This document shows positions 1 through 10,101 of a DNA stretch of 59,559 nt, one piece after another. Below the pieces are notes generated by a model. That model searched no databases, was not told where the DNA came from, and saw only the letters and a program-made list of their open reading frames with translations. Location: the IMG/VR virus record IMGVR_UViG_2593339138_000002. The stretch is one strand, 5' to 3'. This DNA is from an uncultured virus (IMG/VR IMGVR_UViG_2593339138_000002) (lineage: Duplodnaviria; Heunggongvirae; Uroviricota; Caudoviricetes). Every line of letters begins with the position of its first letter. The stretch's first letter is position 1. Both the position numbers and the translations under genes were made by a program.

Positions 1-258
1 TTACTTGAATTGATAGCCGCAGTCAAGACAGCAATAGGTAATTTCATTTGAAACTTTTCTGTTATCCTTGAATTTACCTTTAGTTTTTCCCATGCCGCAT
101 AATCCGCAGAAAAAACCGATACCGCCTGTAAGGCAGGTGCCAATGCAAGCTTTGCACCAGCCAAAGCCCTTTGTTTTCCTTGTATCTGTGACTTTTCCTT
201 TAACAACTTGCTGATTGACCGCTTGAATGTTTGAACTTCCGCATTTTGGACAATTCAT
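1..258 (-). CDS. Small Zn-ribbon/membrane protein of the lysogeny module
   Basis: CPKC...CLDC cysteine pairs around a hydrophobic Gly/Cys segment; GGAGG RBS before ATG at 258. Confidence 0.65.
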   Translation of the reverse strand: MNCPKCGSSNIQAVNQQVVKGKVTDTRKTKGFGWCKACIGTCLTGGIGFFCGLCGMGKTKGKFKDNRKVSNEITYCCLDCGYQFK

Positions 259-365
259 ATAAATACCTCCTGAAGAAAGATTGTATTTATATAATATCAT
301 ACACTTATCCACTAAATCTATAATATAATATGTCCAAAATATCGAATGTTGTCGCATTTTGTCGC

Positions 366-770
366 TTACAAGCTCCCATCGTCTCCGAGGACGTTCAGAT
401 GGCGGCTGTAGCGCTTGGGAATGTTTATGCCTACAAGATACCCTATGGAGTGCAGGAAGTCGGAAATAACGGCAAATCCGTCCTTGTAGAAGGCTTCGAT
501 GCGCTTATCCTTGAAGGGGATATTCTTGTAATCGGGCGGACAAACGAAAGTCCAGTCAGCTCCGCTCCTGTCCAGAACGATACGGAAGAACCTATCCACA
601 TCGGTGTCTTTGTAGCCCACATTCATGAGAAGTATGTGGTGCTCAACGCCTTCATCGATATGGCTCATAATGGCAGTCTTACCGTCGAAGGATATGAGTA
701 TGAGGAGCGGTTCATCATTCGCCATAGCCTTGTTTACGTCTTCCTCGGAGGGATATTTTATTATATTCAT
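366..770 (-). CDS. Hypothetical protein co-transcribed with repressor
   Basis: 134 aa ORF with GAGGAGG RBS, directly downstream of repressor. Confidence 0.7.
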   Translation of the reverse strand: MNIIKYPSEEDVNKAMANDEPLLILISFDGKTAIMSHIDEGVEHHILLMNVGYKDTDVDRFFRIVLDRSGADWTFVCPPDYKNIPFKDKRIEAFYKDGFAVISDFLHSIGYLVGINIPKRYSRHLNVLGDDGSL

Positions 771-785
771 CGGAATGACCTCCTC

Positions 786-1418
786 TCAGAACCTGCGTTT
801 GACTTCGATGACAGGACCGATGACCTTCACGCGGTTCATTTCTTCAAATTCGAAAACTCTCGGGGGATAGTAAGGATTGACAGAGCTGAGAGTTATACGG
901 GTATTTTCTATATCAACGAGCTTGACGAGCCCGTCTTCAGCGTCGACATTTACGACAGCGTAGCATTCTTTATCAAGCACTTCCTGTTCGCGGACGAGGA
1001 CAAGGTCCTTCTCGTGGAGCTCAGGCTCCATGCTGTCACCTTTGACTTCCAGCCAGAAGTGCTGATAGCCGTCCTTTAGTATATCGCTGTCGGTCATGAT
1101 ATATTCGGATATATTCTCCTCTGCATGGCAGTTATAGCCTGCGGCTACTCTGCCGATAAGAGGGACACGAACACAGTTGGCTTCGCTGTAGGGGATTTTC
1201 TTGATAGGGGTGTCATTTGTCTTCCAGCCCATGAGATATGCAGGTGTAACGTTCAAAACCTTTGCAAGCGGTTCTAATACAGTTGTAGGAAGCTTTTCTA
1301 TATCATTACTTTCATATCTGTATATTGTTGCACGGTTCTTTCCAAGACGCTCCGCAAGTTCATCGACAGTCAAACCAAGTTCTTTTCGACGTTCTTTGAT
1401 ACGTTCTCCAATAGTCAT
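786..1418 (-). CDS. CI-like repressor (XRE HTH + S24 peptidase)
   Basis: N-terminal HTH (IGERIKERRKELGLT...), AAG cleavage site, GDSMEP catalytic motif. Confidence 0.93.
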   Translation of the reverse strand: MTIGERIKERRKELGLTVDELAERLGKNRATIYRYESNDIEKLPTTVLEPLAKVLNVTPAYLMGWKTNDTPIKKIPYSEANCVRVPLIGRVAAGYNCHAEENISEYIMTDSDILKDGYQHFWLEVKGDSMEPELHEKDLVLVREQEVLDKECYAVVNVDAEDGLVKLVDIENTRITLSSVNPYYPPRVFEFEEMNRVKVIGPVIEVKRRF

Positions 1419-1460
1419 TGTGTTCACCTTCTTTGCTTTTTATTGTATTATATCACGCTT

Positions 1461-1583
1461 TTCGCAAAAATGCAATAGTAATTTTGAAAAATTCAAAAAA
1501 ATTCTAAAAAAATGCGAAAAAGGTATTGACAAACCATAGGCTGTATGGTATTATAAAAATGCAAAAAGTCGCACAAATGCGAC
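1461..1583. promoter_or_regulatory. Lysis/lysogeny switch: rightward promoter TTGACA(1526)-17-TATTAT(1549) and operators GTCGCAnnnnTGCGAC
   Basis: Operator-like palindromes at 1461-1476, 1568-1583 and 1810-1825 around divergent repressor and cro. Confidence 0.75.
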
Positions 1584-1605
1584 ATAATGTAAGTGAGGTG
1601 ATAAA

Positions 1606-1818
1606 ATGCTTGATGTCCAGAAGCTAAAAGGGAAAATAGTCGAGAAAGGCAAGAGCGTAGAGACAGTATCTGCCGATTTAGGCATAAATCCTGCTACTTT
1701 TTATCGTAAGCTCAAGAACAATTCTTTTGAGATTAGAGAAGCGGACAAGCTTATAGAAATTCTTGCTCTTACTGGTGAAGAGGCTTCGGCTATTTTTTTT
1801 AGCGACTGTGTCGCATAA
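1606..1818 (+). CDS. Cro-like HTH protein
   Basis: Divergent from repressor; HTH (SVETVSADLGINPATFYRKL). Confidence 0.85.
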   Translation: MLDVQKLKGKIVEKGKSVETVSADLGINPATFYRKLKNNSFEIREADKLIEILALTGEEASAIFFSDCVA

Positions 1819-1943
1819 ATGCAACAACGCAAGAAACATAAAATTCTGCAAAGAAATTTGCAAAAAAGTGTTGACATTTCTTCCCGAGTATGACGCAAGG
1901 CGCCATACACCGAGCATGATATACTCAACTCGGAGGTGAGAAT

Positions 1944-2120
1944 ATGTCAGAACCATGGAATGTAAGAGCTCGGAAAAAGCTTATCGATCTGAATATGAAC
2001 CGCAGACAGCTTGCCGAAATCATCGGCGTGAACTATTCTGTGATGTGCGCTGTGCTGAACGGTTCCGTTATTCGTGAGAGCGTTAAGCAGAAAATCTGCT
2101 CTTACCTGAAAATCAATTGA
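1944..2120 (+). CDS. Small HTH protein (not in ORF track)
   Basis: MSEPWNVRARKKLIDLNMNRRQLAEIIGVNYSVMCAVLNG...; GGAGGTG RBS. Confidence 0.7.
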   Translation: MSEPWNVRARKKLIDLNMNRRQLAEIIGVNYSVMCAVLNGSVIRESVKQKICSYLKIN

Positions 2121-2135
2121 AAGGGGAAGTAGAAC

Positions 2136-2324
2136 ATGGACAAGCTTATAATTCCCTCAAGGAATGAGCTTGAGGACGGCACACATATCCGCGTAAGCAA
2201 AAAGATGAAGGAGCTCGTTGACGAGATAGCAAAGCGCTCTGGTCGCAGCCAGTACGTCATCATTAATAAGATGATAGAGTTCGCTTATGAGCGCGTAGTC
2301 ATCGAGGACGAAGAAGACGAGTAA
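2136..2324 (+). CDS. Small ribbon-helix-helix-like protein
   Basis: THIRVSKKMKELVDEIAKRSGRS pattern; RBS. Confidence 0.55.
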   Translation: MDKLIIPSRNELEDGTHIRVSKKMKELVDEIAKRSGRSQYVIINKMIEFAYERVVIEDEEDE

Positions 2325-2372
2325 ACCAGTACAACCCATACCGCATACAATTGACCGAAAGGAGATGTTACT

Positions 2373-2573
2373 ATGGCAAAAAAGACAACCGAGCTGAAAG
2401 CTGTCAGCTACATATCTATCGGCGGCGCTCCGCCTGTCCGCTTCGACAGCCTTACACCCGAAAAGAGAGCTGAGTACGTTGAGAAGATGGCTGAGAACAT
2501 CGGCAGGACTCTAAGCACATACCTCAGCAATCACCCCGAAGAAGCCGCTCCGCTCTTCAAGAATGCGGAATAA
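2373..2573 (+). CDS. Hypothetical phage protein
   Basis: GAAAGGAG RBS, early operon. Confidence 0.65.
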   Translation: MAKKTTELKAVSYISIGGAPPVRFDSLTPEKRAEYVEKMAENIGRTLSTYLSNHPEEAAPLFKNAE

Positions 2574-2616
2574 GCCCTCAGGGGCTTGCGGACAAGCTAT
2601 GAAAGGAGATAGACCT

Positions 2617-2829
2617 ATGTTTGAAGGACTTGCAGTATTCTGCATATCTGGCTGCCTTGGTCTGGAACTCTACTGCGGAGTACTGATGAAGAAGATACTG
2701 AAAGCGCGCTCAGACGAGCGCACAGACGACAGGAGAGCCGCTTACAGGGCAAAGGCATATAAAGACCTTGCCGAGCGCACGGCTTTAAAAAACGCCCGTC
2801 AGACGCTTTGGCGGAGCTTACAAAAGTGA
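2617..2829 (+). CDS. Hypothetical membrane-anchored protein
   Basis: RBS GAAAGGAG, hydrophobic N-terminus. Confidence 0.55.
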   Translation: MFEGLAVFCISGCLGLELYCGVLMKKILKARSDERTDDRRAAYRAKAYKDLAERTALKNARQTLWRSLQK

Positions 2830-2840
2830 GGTGTAAAGAT

Positions 2841-2990
2841 ATGATAACACTTTACCAGAAAGCCGCAGCTATAGCCATAAAGCTTGAACAGTTGGACAAG
2901 GAGCTGCTGCTTCGCCCTGAGTGGGTACTTCGTAGGGCTACGGCTGAAGAAATCGACTTCTATTATGCAAAAATGTGTAAAGGAGTGTGA
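2841..2990 (+). CDS. Hypothetical phage protein
   Basis: GAGGTG RBS, packed in operon. Confidence 0.5.
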   Translation: MITLYQKAAAIAIKLEQLDKELLLRPEWVLRRATAEEIDFYYAKMCKGV

Positions 2991-2994
2991 GTAA

Positions 2995-4110
2995 GTGGCA
3001 GAAGTATACAGAAGCAGGGTTTATACAGACAGACCAGAATATGCCGACTTCGAGCCGCCTGAGAAGTTCGAGGCAATAAAGAGTATCATAGCAAAGCGGT
3101 TATCACAGCATCCGAATGCGATTTGTTCATATTCGGGAGGTGCTGACAGTGACATCATGATAGACCTGATAGAGCAGACAAGAGCACTCTTTGAACTGCC
3201 GCCTGTCAAGTATGTATTCTTCAACACAGGTCTTGAAATGCAGGCGACAAAGGACCATGTCAAGGCAACAGCTGAGAAGTACGGCGTTGAAATTGAAACA
3301 ATTCGCCCGAATATCAGTATTGTACAAGCTTCAAGGAAATACGGTATTCCCTTTGTATCGAAGATAATGTCATACGGTCTGGAAGAATGGCAGAAGAAAA
3401 AGCTTCCGCTCTCAATCGCTGATGAATATGAGCTGGCAGAGGACAAGATCGCCAAGCGTGCAGAGCTGAAAGCACGTTATCCAAAGTGCGAGAGTCTGAT
3501 AAATTTTCTGTGCTGCTGTAATGCAAAAGGAGAACCGCGCCCGAATATACAGCTTGTTATCAATTCAAGCAAGTACATGAGGGACTTTATCGGAGAGTTT
3601 CCGCCTGACTTCAAGATCAGCGCTCAGTGCTGCGACTTCTGCAAGAAGCAGCCTGCACATAACGTCCAGAAGGACTATGACATGATCATTACAGGCGAGA
3701 GAAGAGATGAAGGCGGTATGAGGTCGGTGCCGAAGAAAAAAGAGGCAACACAAAACGGCAATACTATGTGCTTTTCTCAGAATTCAGACGGTCAGTATCG
3801 TTTGAAGCCGCTGTATTATGTATCTGACAGTGATAAAGCTTGGTATAAAGTGCATTATAACATCCGCTACTCAGACGCCTATGAGGTCTATGGACTGACA
3901 AGGACAGGCTGTTGTGGCTGCCCGATATCGTATAAGGCTGTGGAAGACCTCGAAAAGATAAGGCCATATGAGCCTAATGTCGTAAAGGCGGCATGGGCTA
4001 TATTCGGTAAAAGCTATGAATACCGCATAAAGTACAATGAGTACAAGAAAGAACGTATGAACAGAGAAAAAGAAATGAAGACAGTCATAGATGGACAGCT
4101 TCATTTCTGA
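2995..4110 (+). CDS. PAPS reductase-family (PP-loop) protein
   Basis: SYSGGADS PP-loop, NTGLE, CCDFCKK and RTGCCGCP Cys motifs. Confidence 0.85.
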   Translation: MAEVYRSRVYTDRPEYADFEPPEKFEAIKSIIAKRLSQHPNAICSYSGGADSDIMIDLIEQTRALFELPPVKYVFFNTGLEMQATKDHVKATAEKYGVEIETIRPNISIVQASRKYGIPFVSKIMSYGLEEWQKKKLPLSIADEYELAEDKIAKRAELKARYPKCESLINFLCCCNAKGEPRPNIQLVINSSKYMRDFIGEFPPDFKISAQCCDFCKKQPAHNVQKDYDMIITGERRDEGGMRSVPKKKEATQNGNTMCFSQNSDGQYRLKPLYYVSDSDKAWYKVHYNIRYSDAYEVYGLTRTGCCGCPISYKAVEDLEKIRPYEPNVVKAAWAIFGKSYEYRIKYNEYKKERMNREKEMKTVIDGQLHF

Positions 4111-4186
4111 AAAAAAGTGCTCCCCGAAGGGAGCGAGAAAAAATATTTACCACCAACAATATACCACAGAAAAGGAGAAATGTCAA

Positions 4187-5827
4187 ATGAAACAGCTTGA
4201 TTTTTTTCGTGAGCTCATCGTGGACAACTTCGCAGGCGGCGGTGGAGCTTCGACAGGGATTGAGCTTGCGACAGGACGATACGTTGATATTGCTATCAAT
4301 CATGATCCTGACGCTATCCTCATGCACAAGACTAATCACCCATACACTACACACTATTGCGAGTCAGTATGGGAAGTTGACCCGGTAAAGATATGCGAGG
4401 GGCACCCTGTCGGTCTGATGTGGCTCAGCCCTGACTGCAAGCATTTTTCGAGGGCAAAAGGCGGAAAACCCGTAGATAAAAACGTCAGAGGACTTGCATG
4501 GATAGCAGTCAAGTGGGCGGCTACAGTAAAGCCGAGAGTGATTATTCTTGAAAATGTTCCCGAATTCGTTACATGGGGACCGTTGAAAGGCGGATATCCC
4601 GATAAGAACAAGATAGGAACTACTTTCCGAAGCTTTGTCAATGCCCTGAAGCTTCACGGATATGAAGTTGACTGGAAGAAACTGAGAGCCTGCGACTATG
4701 GAGCACCTACGACAAGAAAGCGATTCTTCCTTATAGCCAGATGTGATGGCGAACCTATTATATTCCCGGAGCCGACTCACGGAGCAGGTCTGAAGCCGTA
4801 CAGAACGGCAGCAGAGTGCATAGACTGGAGCATTCCCTGCAAGTCGATATTCGGCAGAAGTAAGCCTCTGGCTGAAAAGACAATGAAGCGCATTGCAAGA
4901 GGACTCGACAAATTCACATTGAGAGCCGATGAACCTTTTATAGTTCCGATAGGGTACGGAGAACGCAGTGGACAGGCTCCGAGGGTGAACAGTATTTGTG
5001 AACCTCTCAGCACTATCGTGTCAACAGTGAAGCAGTCCGTGGTTATTCCGTCAGTTCAGAAGTATTTCGGCGGAGTAGTTGGAAGCTCCTTGAGCGATCC
5101 TCTCGGAACTGTCACAGCTCAGGATCACAATGCCTTGCTCTCACCTTATCTTATACAGTATCACAGCGAGACTGTCAGCCATGAAGTCCGAGGGCAGACG
5201 CTCAATGAGCCTATTCTTACGGTGGACGCTTCTAATAGATACGGGCTCACAGCGGCACACATCGTAAAGTATTACAGCGGTGATAACAGTTCTGATTGCA
5301 ATGCGCCTCTCGGAACAGTCACAACGCACGACAGATGCGGACTTGTAGAAAGTCACCTTTGTGTGCTCAGGAATAATGAGGACTGCAAGCCCCTGACTGA
5401 ACCTCTTCCGACAGTCTGCACAAGCGCGGGACATTTTGCGGAAATACGCACAAGGCTGTGCAAGTATCCGCCGGAGATAGATCTCGGACACTGGTCTGAG
5501 GTGCGAAAACTGCTCATTGAATACTGCGGTTACAGCATAGCCGATGATGAGGTCCTGTTGCTGAATATTGAAGGAGAGGAATACTACATAAACGACATAG
5601 GGCTGCGTATGCTCGAACCGAGAGAACTCTACAGAGCGCAGGGATTTCCCGATGACTACATCATCGATCACGACTACAAAGGGAACTTATACAGCCGCAC
5701 TAAGCAGGTCGCAAGGTGTGGGAATGCAGTTCCGCCGCCATTTGTGGAAGCTCTTGTAAGAGCAAATCTGCCTGAGATGTGCGGAGCAAAAATATCAACA
5801 ATGAAAGAACTAAGGGAGGTAATCTGA
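4187..5827 (+). CDS. C5 DNA cytosine methyltransferase
   Basis: FAGGGG (I), SPDC (IV), ENV (VI), RKR (VIII), RAQGFP (IX), GNAV (X). Confidence 0.93.
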   Translation: MKQLDFFRELIVDNFAGGGGASTGIELATGRYVDIAINHDPDAILMHKTNHPYTTHYCESVWEVDPVKICEGHPVGLMWLSPDCKHFSRAKGGKPVDKNVRGLAWIAVKWAATVKPRVIILENVPEFVTWGPLKGGYPDKNKIGTTFRSFVNALKLHGYEVDWKKLRACDYGAPTTRKRFFLIARCDGEPIIFPEPTHGAGLKPYRTAAECIDWSIPCKSIFGRSKPLAEKTMKRIARGLDKFTLRADEPFIVPIGYGERSGQAPRVNSICEPLSTIVSTVKQSVVIPSVQKYFGGVVGSSLSDPLGTVTAQDHNALLSPYLIQYHSETVSHEVRGQTLNEPILTVDASNRYGLTAAHIVKYYSGDNSSDCNAPLGTVTTHDRCGLVESHLCVLRNNEDCKPLTEPLPTVCTSAGHFAEIRTRLCKYPPEIDLGHWSEVRKLLIEYCGYSIADDEVLLLNIEGEEYYINDIGLRMLEPRELYRAQGFPDDYIIDHDYKGNLYSRTKQVARCGNAVPPPFVEALVRANLPEMCGAKISTMKELREVI

Positions 5828-5829
5828 AT

Positions 5830-6453
5830 ATGTGTGAAAACAAGGATACAGCTCTGGCTGTACAGTCAGAGCAGCTTAATGAAGTAATGGCAAAGCCCAC
5901 AGGTGGCTTTATAGAGTCATTCAGAGAGAGCTATAAGCTTGCGAGCGTTCTCGCAAAGTCTTCACTTGTGCCGCAGCAGTATCAGGGCAAGACAGAAGAC
6001 TGCGCCCTTGCAATAGATATGGCTGAAAGAATGGGCGTATCGCCGCTCATGGTAATGCAGTCGCTGTATGTTGTGAAGGGAAAACCTTCATGGAGCGGAC
6101 AGGCTTGCATGAGCTTCATAAAGGCTAAGTACGGAGATGCACAGCCGGTATACACCGGACAGCGCGGAACGGATACAAGAGGATGTTTTGTGCGCGTTAT
6201 CAAGCCTGATGGTGAAGTTATCGAGGGTACAGAGGTAACTATCGCAATGGCAAAGTCAGAAGGCTGGATGAGCAACAGCAAGTGGAAGAATATGCCCGAA
6301 CAGATGCTTGCATACAGGGCGGCAGCATTCTTTGCAAGAGTATACTGCCCTGAGATTCTTATGGGTGTTTCGGTGGAAGGTGAAGTTGAGGATATGCAGC
6401 CTTCACAGCCACAGAAAGCACCTGATCCATTTAAAACGGAGGTAATTGAATAA
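5830..6453 (+). CDS. RecT-like single-strand annealing protein
   Basis: LVPQQYQGK...MGVSPLMVMQSLYVVKGKPSW...MLAYRAAAFFARVYCPE pattern; clustered with exonuclease and SSB. Confidence 0.7.
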   Translation: MCENKDTALAVQSEQLNEVMAKPTGGFIESFRESYKLASVLAKSSLVPQQYQGKTEDCALAIDMAERMGVSPLMVMQSLYVVKGKPSWSGQACMSFIKAKYGDAQPVYTGQRGTDTRGCFVRVIKPDGEVIEGTEVTIAMAKSEGWMSNSKWKNMPEQMLAYRAAAFFARVYCPEILMGVSVEGEVEDMQPSQPQKAPDPFKTEVIE

Positions 6454-6589
6454 TGAAAAAGTCGGAAACTATCAAGAATATAATAGATCTGATTATCGAG
6501 TATACGGGAAGCGAAAACTTCGCGGAACTTGAATGGCTTTTCAGTGAACTGAGCACAGCAAAAATAATCGAGGATAAGGAGAGTAAGAA

Positions 6590-8020
6590 ATGAGGACTAC
6601 AAAGATAAAAATACGCAACCTTTTCGGCATCACAGAGACAGAGCTTGACGGGCGTTCCGTTGAGCTCACAGGTGCTAATGGAGTCGGTAAGACCTCTGTT
6701 ATTGACGCTTTAAGATATGCGCTTACAAATAAGTCGGACAGGGACATCATAGTTCGTCAGGGTGAAAAGGAGGGCGAAATTCTTATCGAGACCGACACAG
6801 GTCTGAGTATCGACAGAAAAAAGAGAACGGAGCAGGCAGATTACAAGTCTGTAAAGGAAAACGGGAAAGAGGTAATGGCACCTGAGAATTTCCTTCGTCA
6901 GCTCTTTACACCATTGCAGCTTGATCCTGTTGCATTTACGTTAATGGACGCCAAGTCCAAGAACAGAGCTATCCTTGATCTTATAGAGTATGACTGGGAT
7001 CTGAATTTTATCAATGACAAGTTCGGCGAAATACCTTCATGGATCAATTACGAGCAGAATATCCTTGAAGTCCTCAGTGATATGCAGTCTGAGAACGGAC
7101 AGTGGTTCAAAGAACGCCAGAACGTAAACAGAGATATCCGAAACAAACAGGCGTTCATCGAAGATATTGCCAAGGATATCCCTGCGGATTATCAGGCTGA
7201 GAAGTGGGAAACTTACGACCTCGGAGCAGCATATAAGAAGCTTGAACAGATAAAGGAGCATAACAGCCGTATCGAAAGGGCGAGGCTTTTCCGCAGCAGT
7301 TATGACAGCAAACTCAGAAAGCTGGAAGCTGACAAAATGATAGAGATCTCAGCTGAAGAAAAGGCAATATCCACAGAGCGCGAAACGCTGCTATCCGATA
7401 TCGAGCGCATGAAGGCTCAGATAAAGGCAAGCGAGGACAAGCTTGCTGGACTGTCAGGCAAGCTCGAAGACAAAAAAGCACTTGCTGAAAGCCGTTTCAA
7501 CGAAGCTAAGACCAAGCTTGATGCGGATATGAGCGTTGCTGATGAATATACCGACAAACAGCCTATCGACTTTGCTGAGCTTCAGAAAGAGGTGGAGAAC
7601 GCCGAGGAGATGAAGCGACACCTCAATGAATACAGCAGAATGAAAGGTATGCAGTCGGAGCTCGAAGAGCTCAAGGCTCAGTCTGATGAATATACACGAA
7701 AGATAGAACTCGCTCGAACTCTTCCCGGGGAGATACTTGAAACAGCGAAGATACCGATAGAGGGCTTTACTGTTCAGAACGGCATACCTCTTATTAACGG
7801 TCTGCCTGTTGCGAACCTGTCGGAGGGTGAGCAGCTTAGCTTATGCGTAGATGTGGCAATTTCCAAGCCTAATGGCTTACAGGTCATTCTTATAGACGGT
7901 ACCGAGAAGCTGTCTTCCGAGAACCGTGAAAAGCTGTATAGCAAGTGCCACGAAAAGGGCATCCAGTTCATAGCTACAAGAACGACCGACTCCTCAGAAA
8001 TGGAGGTACACTACATATGA
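6590..8020 (+). CDS. SMC/Rad50-like AAA ATPase
   Basis: Walker A GANGVGKT, coiled coil, LSEGE signature, Walker B ILIDG. Confidence 0.85.
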   Translation: MRTTKIKIRNLFGITETELDGRSVELTGANGVGKTSVIDALRYALTNKSDRDIIVRQGEKEGEILIETDTGLSIDRKKRTEQADYKSVKENGKEVMAPENFLRQLFTPLQLDPVAFTLMDAKSKNRAILDLIEYDWDLNFINDKFGEIPSWINYEQNILEVLSDMQSENGQWFKERQNVNRDIRNKQAFIEDIAKDIPADYQAEKWETYDLGAAYKKLEQIKEHNSRIERARLFRSSYDSKLRKLEADKMIEISAEEKAISTERETLLSDIERMKAQIKASEDKLAGLSGKLEDKKALAESRFNEAKTKLDADMSVADEYTDKQPIDFAELQKEVENAEEMKRHLNEYSRMKGMQSELEELKAQSDEYTRKIELARTLPGEILETAKIPIEGFTVQNGIPLINGLPVANLSEGEQLSLCVDVAISKPNGLQVILIDGTEKLSSENREKLYSKCHEKGIQFIATRTTDSSEMEVHYI

Positions 8021-8820
8021 TCCCTCATTCCCTGACAGCTGAAAACTATTTCAGCGCCGAAAATAACATGAAGTATATGAGCTGCTCCCAGTTCAAGAGC
8101 TTTCTCACCTGTGAGGCTTCCGCTTTGGCGGAGCTTCACGGCGAGTATCAGAGAGAGGTCACGGACGCTCTGCTGGTCGGCTCTTATGTGGACGCACATT
8201 TTGAAGGGACGCTTGACATTTTCAGAGCACAGCACCCTGAGATATTCACAAAGTCGGGCGAGCTGAAAGCTCAGTACCGACAGGCTGAGTACATGATACA
8301 GCGAGCGGAACGCGATAAGCTTTTCATGCAGTATATGAGTGGCGAGAAACAGAAAATAATGGTCGGTGAGATAGCAGGCATACCTTTCAAGATCAAAATA
8401 GACAGTTATCATGAAAATAACTGTATCGTTGACCTGAAAGCTATCAAGGATTTTAAGCTTATATGGAATGTCGAAAAGGGGAAGAAACAGCATTTTATCA
8501 ATTACTGGGGTTATGATATTCAAGGTGCTATTTACCGCGAGGTCGTCCGTCAGAATACAGGAAAGCAGCTGCCCTTTTATATCTCAGCTATAACAAAGGA
8601 AAAAGAGCCTGATCTTGATGTACTCTGGGTACCGGATGAGGATATGGATAACGCCCTTGAGGAAGTTATCAGTCTCGCACCGAGATTTCAGCAGCTGAAG
8701 GACGGGCTTTTACAGCCACAGCGCTGCGGTGATTGCGGTTATTGCCGTTTCACGAAAGTGCTGACCGAGCCTCGGAACTATCATGAAGACTGTGAGGTGT
8801 ACGAAGTTGAGCAACAATGA
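8017..8820 (+). CDS. PD-(D/E)XK exonuclease (DUF3799/RecE-like)
   Basis: YMSCSQFKSF, KIKID...IVDLK, YDIQGAIY, C-terminal CGDCGYC. Confidence 0.82.
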   Translation: MIPHSLTAENYFSAENNMKYMSCSQFKSFLTCEASALAELHGEYQREVTDALLVGSYVDAHFEGTLDIFRAQHPEIFTKSGELKAQYRQAEYMIQRAERDKLFMQYMSGEKQKIMVGEIAGIPFKIKIDSYHENNCIVDLKAIKDFKLIWNVEKGKKQHFINYWGYDIQGAIYREVVRQNTGKQLPFYISAITKEKEPDLDVLWVPDEDMDNALEEVISLAPRFQQLKDGLLQPQRCGDCGYCRFTKVLTEPRNYHEDCEVYEVEQQ

Positions 8821-9361
8821 CGAGAAAAAGGACTTCATGAAAAAGGTAACTATCCTTGTCGATACCAGAGAGCAGCAGAACAGCCATATCACAGAAGTTT
8901 TTAGCAATCTCGGAATAATGTTCAAGTCTCAGAAGCTTGATTTTGGCGATTATAGCTTTATCGTTGACGGCAAGGACTTCTCACGCTCTTGTGTGGTAGA
9001 GCGAAAGGCTGATATCAATGAGGTATACGGCAATGTCACAAGCGACCGCGAGCGTATCGAAAAAGAGCTTGATACAATCTCACGGAATGCTCAGCAGTGT
9101 ACATTCATGCTTGAAAAATGCTCAGGCTGGGAGCACCTGAAAGGCTTTGAACTGTCTGAAATGCAGGCAGGAAAGCAGGGGCGCAAGGTCTGCAACATCG
9201 GAGCGACTGTATACAGTACTCTGCAAGCATGGCGCTGCGGCAACAGGTACAGCTTCAGTGTTGAATTCGTCCCCGAGACCAATAGATCAGCGCTGAAGAT
9301 ACTGGAAGTGTTCTTCTGGTATTATCACAACTACAAGAAACAGACCGCTCCTCGCAGGTGA
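8783..9361 (+). CDS. ERCC4-domain nuclease (start may be 8807)
   Basis: VDTREQ, GDYS, VERKA motifs. Confidence 0.85.
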   Translation: MKTVRCTKLSNNDEKKDFMKKVTILVDTREQQNSHITEVFSNLGIMFKSQKLDFGDYSFIVDGKDFSRSCVVERKADINEVYGNVTSDRERIEKELDTISRNAQQCTFMLEKCSGWEHLKGFELSEMQAGKQGRKVCNIGATVYSTLQAWRCGNRYSFSVEFVPETNRSALKILEVFFWYYHNYKKQTAPRR

Positions 9362-9365
9362 TCAA

Positions 9366-9608
9366 ATGGGTAAACGTATCCCTATGGATCAGGCTATGGA
9401 AGCCGCAAGGATCACACCGAATGACTCTATATATGCCAAGCAGAACAAGTACGGCTACAAAATCAATGTCAATCACCCACAGATACGGCCACTATATGAA
9501 AGATACAAAGAGCATATCGGTGAAAAAATACTATCTGACAGGCAGAGACTGAATTTTGAGTGCCTCATATATCAGATGATAGAAAGAAAGAAAACACAGC
9601 ATGAATAA
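9366..9608 (+). CDS. Conserved hypothetical phage protein (homolog at 36538-36792)
   Basis: Strong similarity to prophage 2 ORF (ITPND.IYAK.N.YGYK.NVNHPQI.PLYERYK). Confidence 0.75.
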   Translation: MGKRIPMDQAMEAARITPNDSIYAKQNKYGYKINVNHPQIRPLYERYKEHIGEKILSDRQRLNFECLIYQMIERKKTQHE

Positions 9609-10089
9609 AACGGTATTAGTCGGCAGACTCACAGCAGATCCCGAGCTCAGACAGACACAGAGCGGCGTTGCTTCATGCAGATTTACAGTTGCAGTGAACA
9701 GGCGCTATGCCGATAAATCCACAGGTGAAAGACAGGCTGATTTTATCACCTGTGTTGCATGGCGTCAGACAGCCGAGTTTGTCAGCCGCTACTTCTCAAA
9801 AGGTAAGATGATAGCAGTTGAGGGTGAACTGAGAAATAACAACTATCAGGACAGGAATTATCCTGATGTTACGCATTATTGCACCGAGGTACTGGTGGAT
9901 AATGTCGAATTCTGCGGCAGCAAAAATGAAAGCGGCGGCTACGGCGCTCCCCAGAACAATTACAATAACAGTTATTCTGCTCCTCCTCAGGAGGCAGCTC
10001 CACAGCAGCCCACTGCAAATGACAGTATGTCTTACGGCGACCTCAGCGATTTTGAGGAGATCCTCAGCGACGGCGATGTTCCATTCTAA
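9601..10089 (+). CDS. ssb: Single-stranded DNA-binding protein
   Basis: MNKTVLVGRLTADPELR OB-fold; acidic DVPF tail. Confidence 0.95.
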   Translation: MNKTVLVGRLTADPELRQTQSGVASCRFTVAVNRRYADKSTGERQADFITCVAWRQTAEFVSRYFSKGKMIAVEGELRNNNYQDRNYPDVTHYCTEVLVDNVEFCGSKNESGGYGAPQNNYNNSYSAPPQEAAPQQPTANDSMSYGDLSDFEEILSDGDVPF

Positions 10090-10101
10090 GGCGGTGAAAA
10101 T

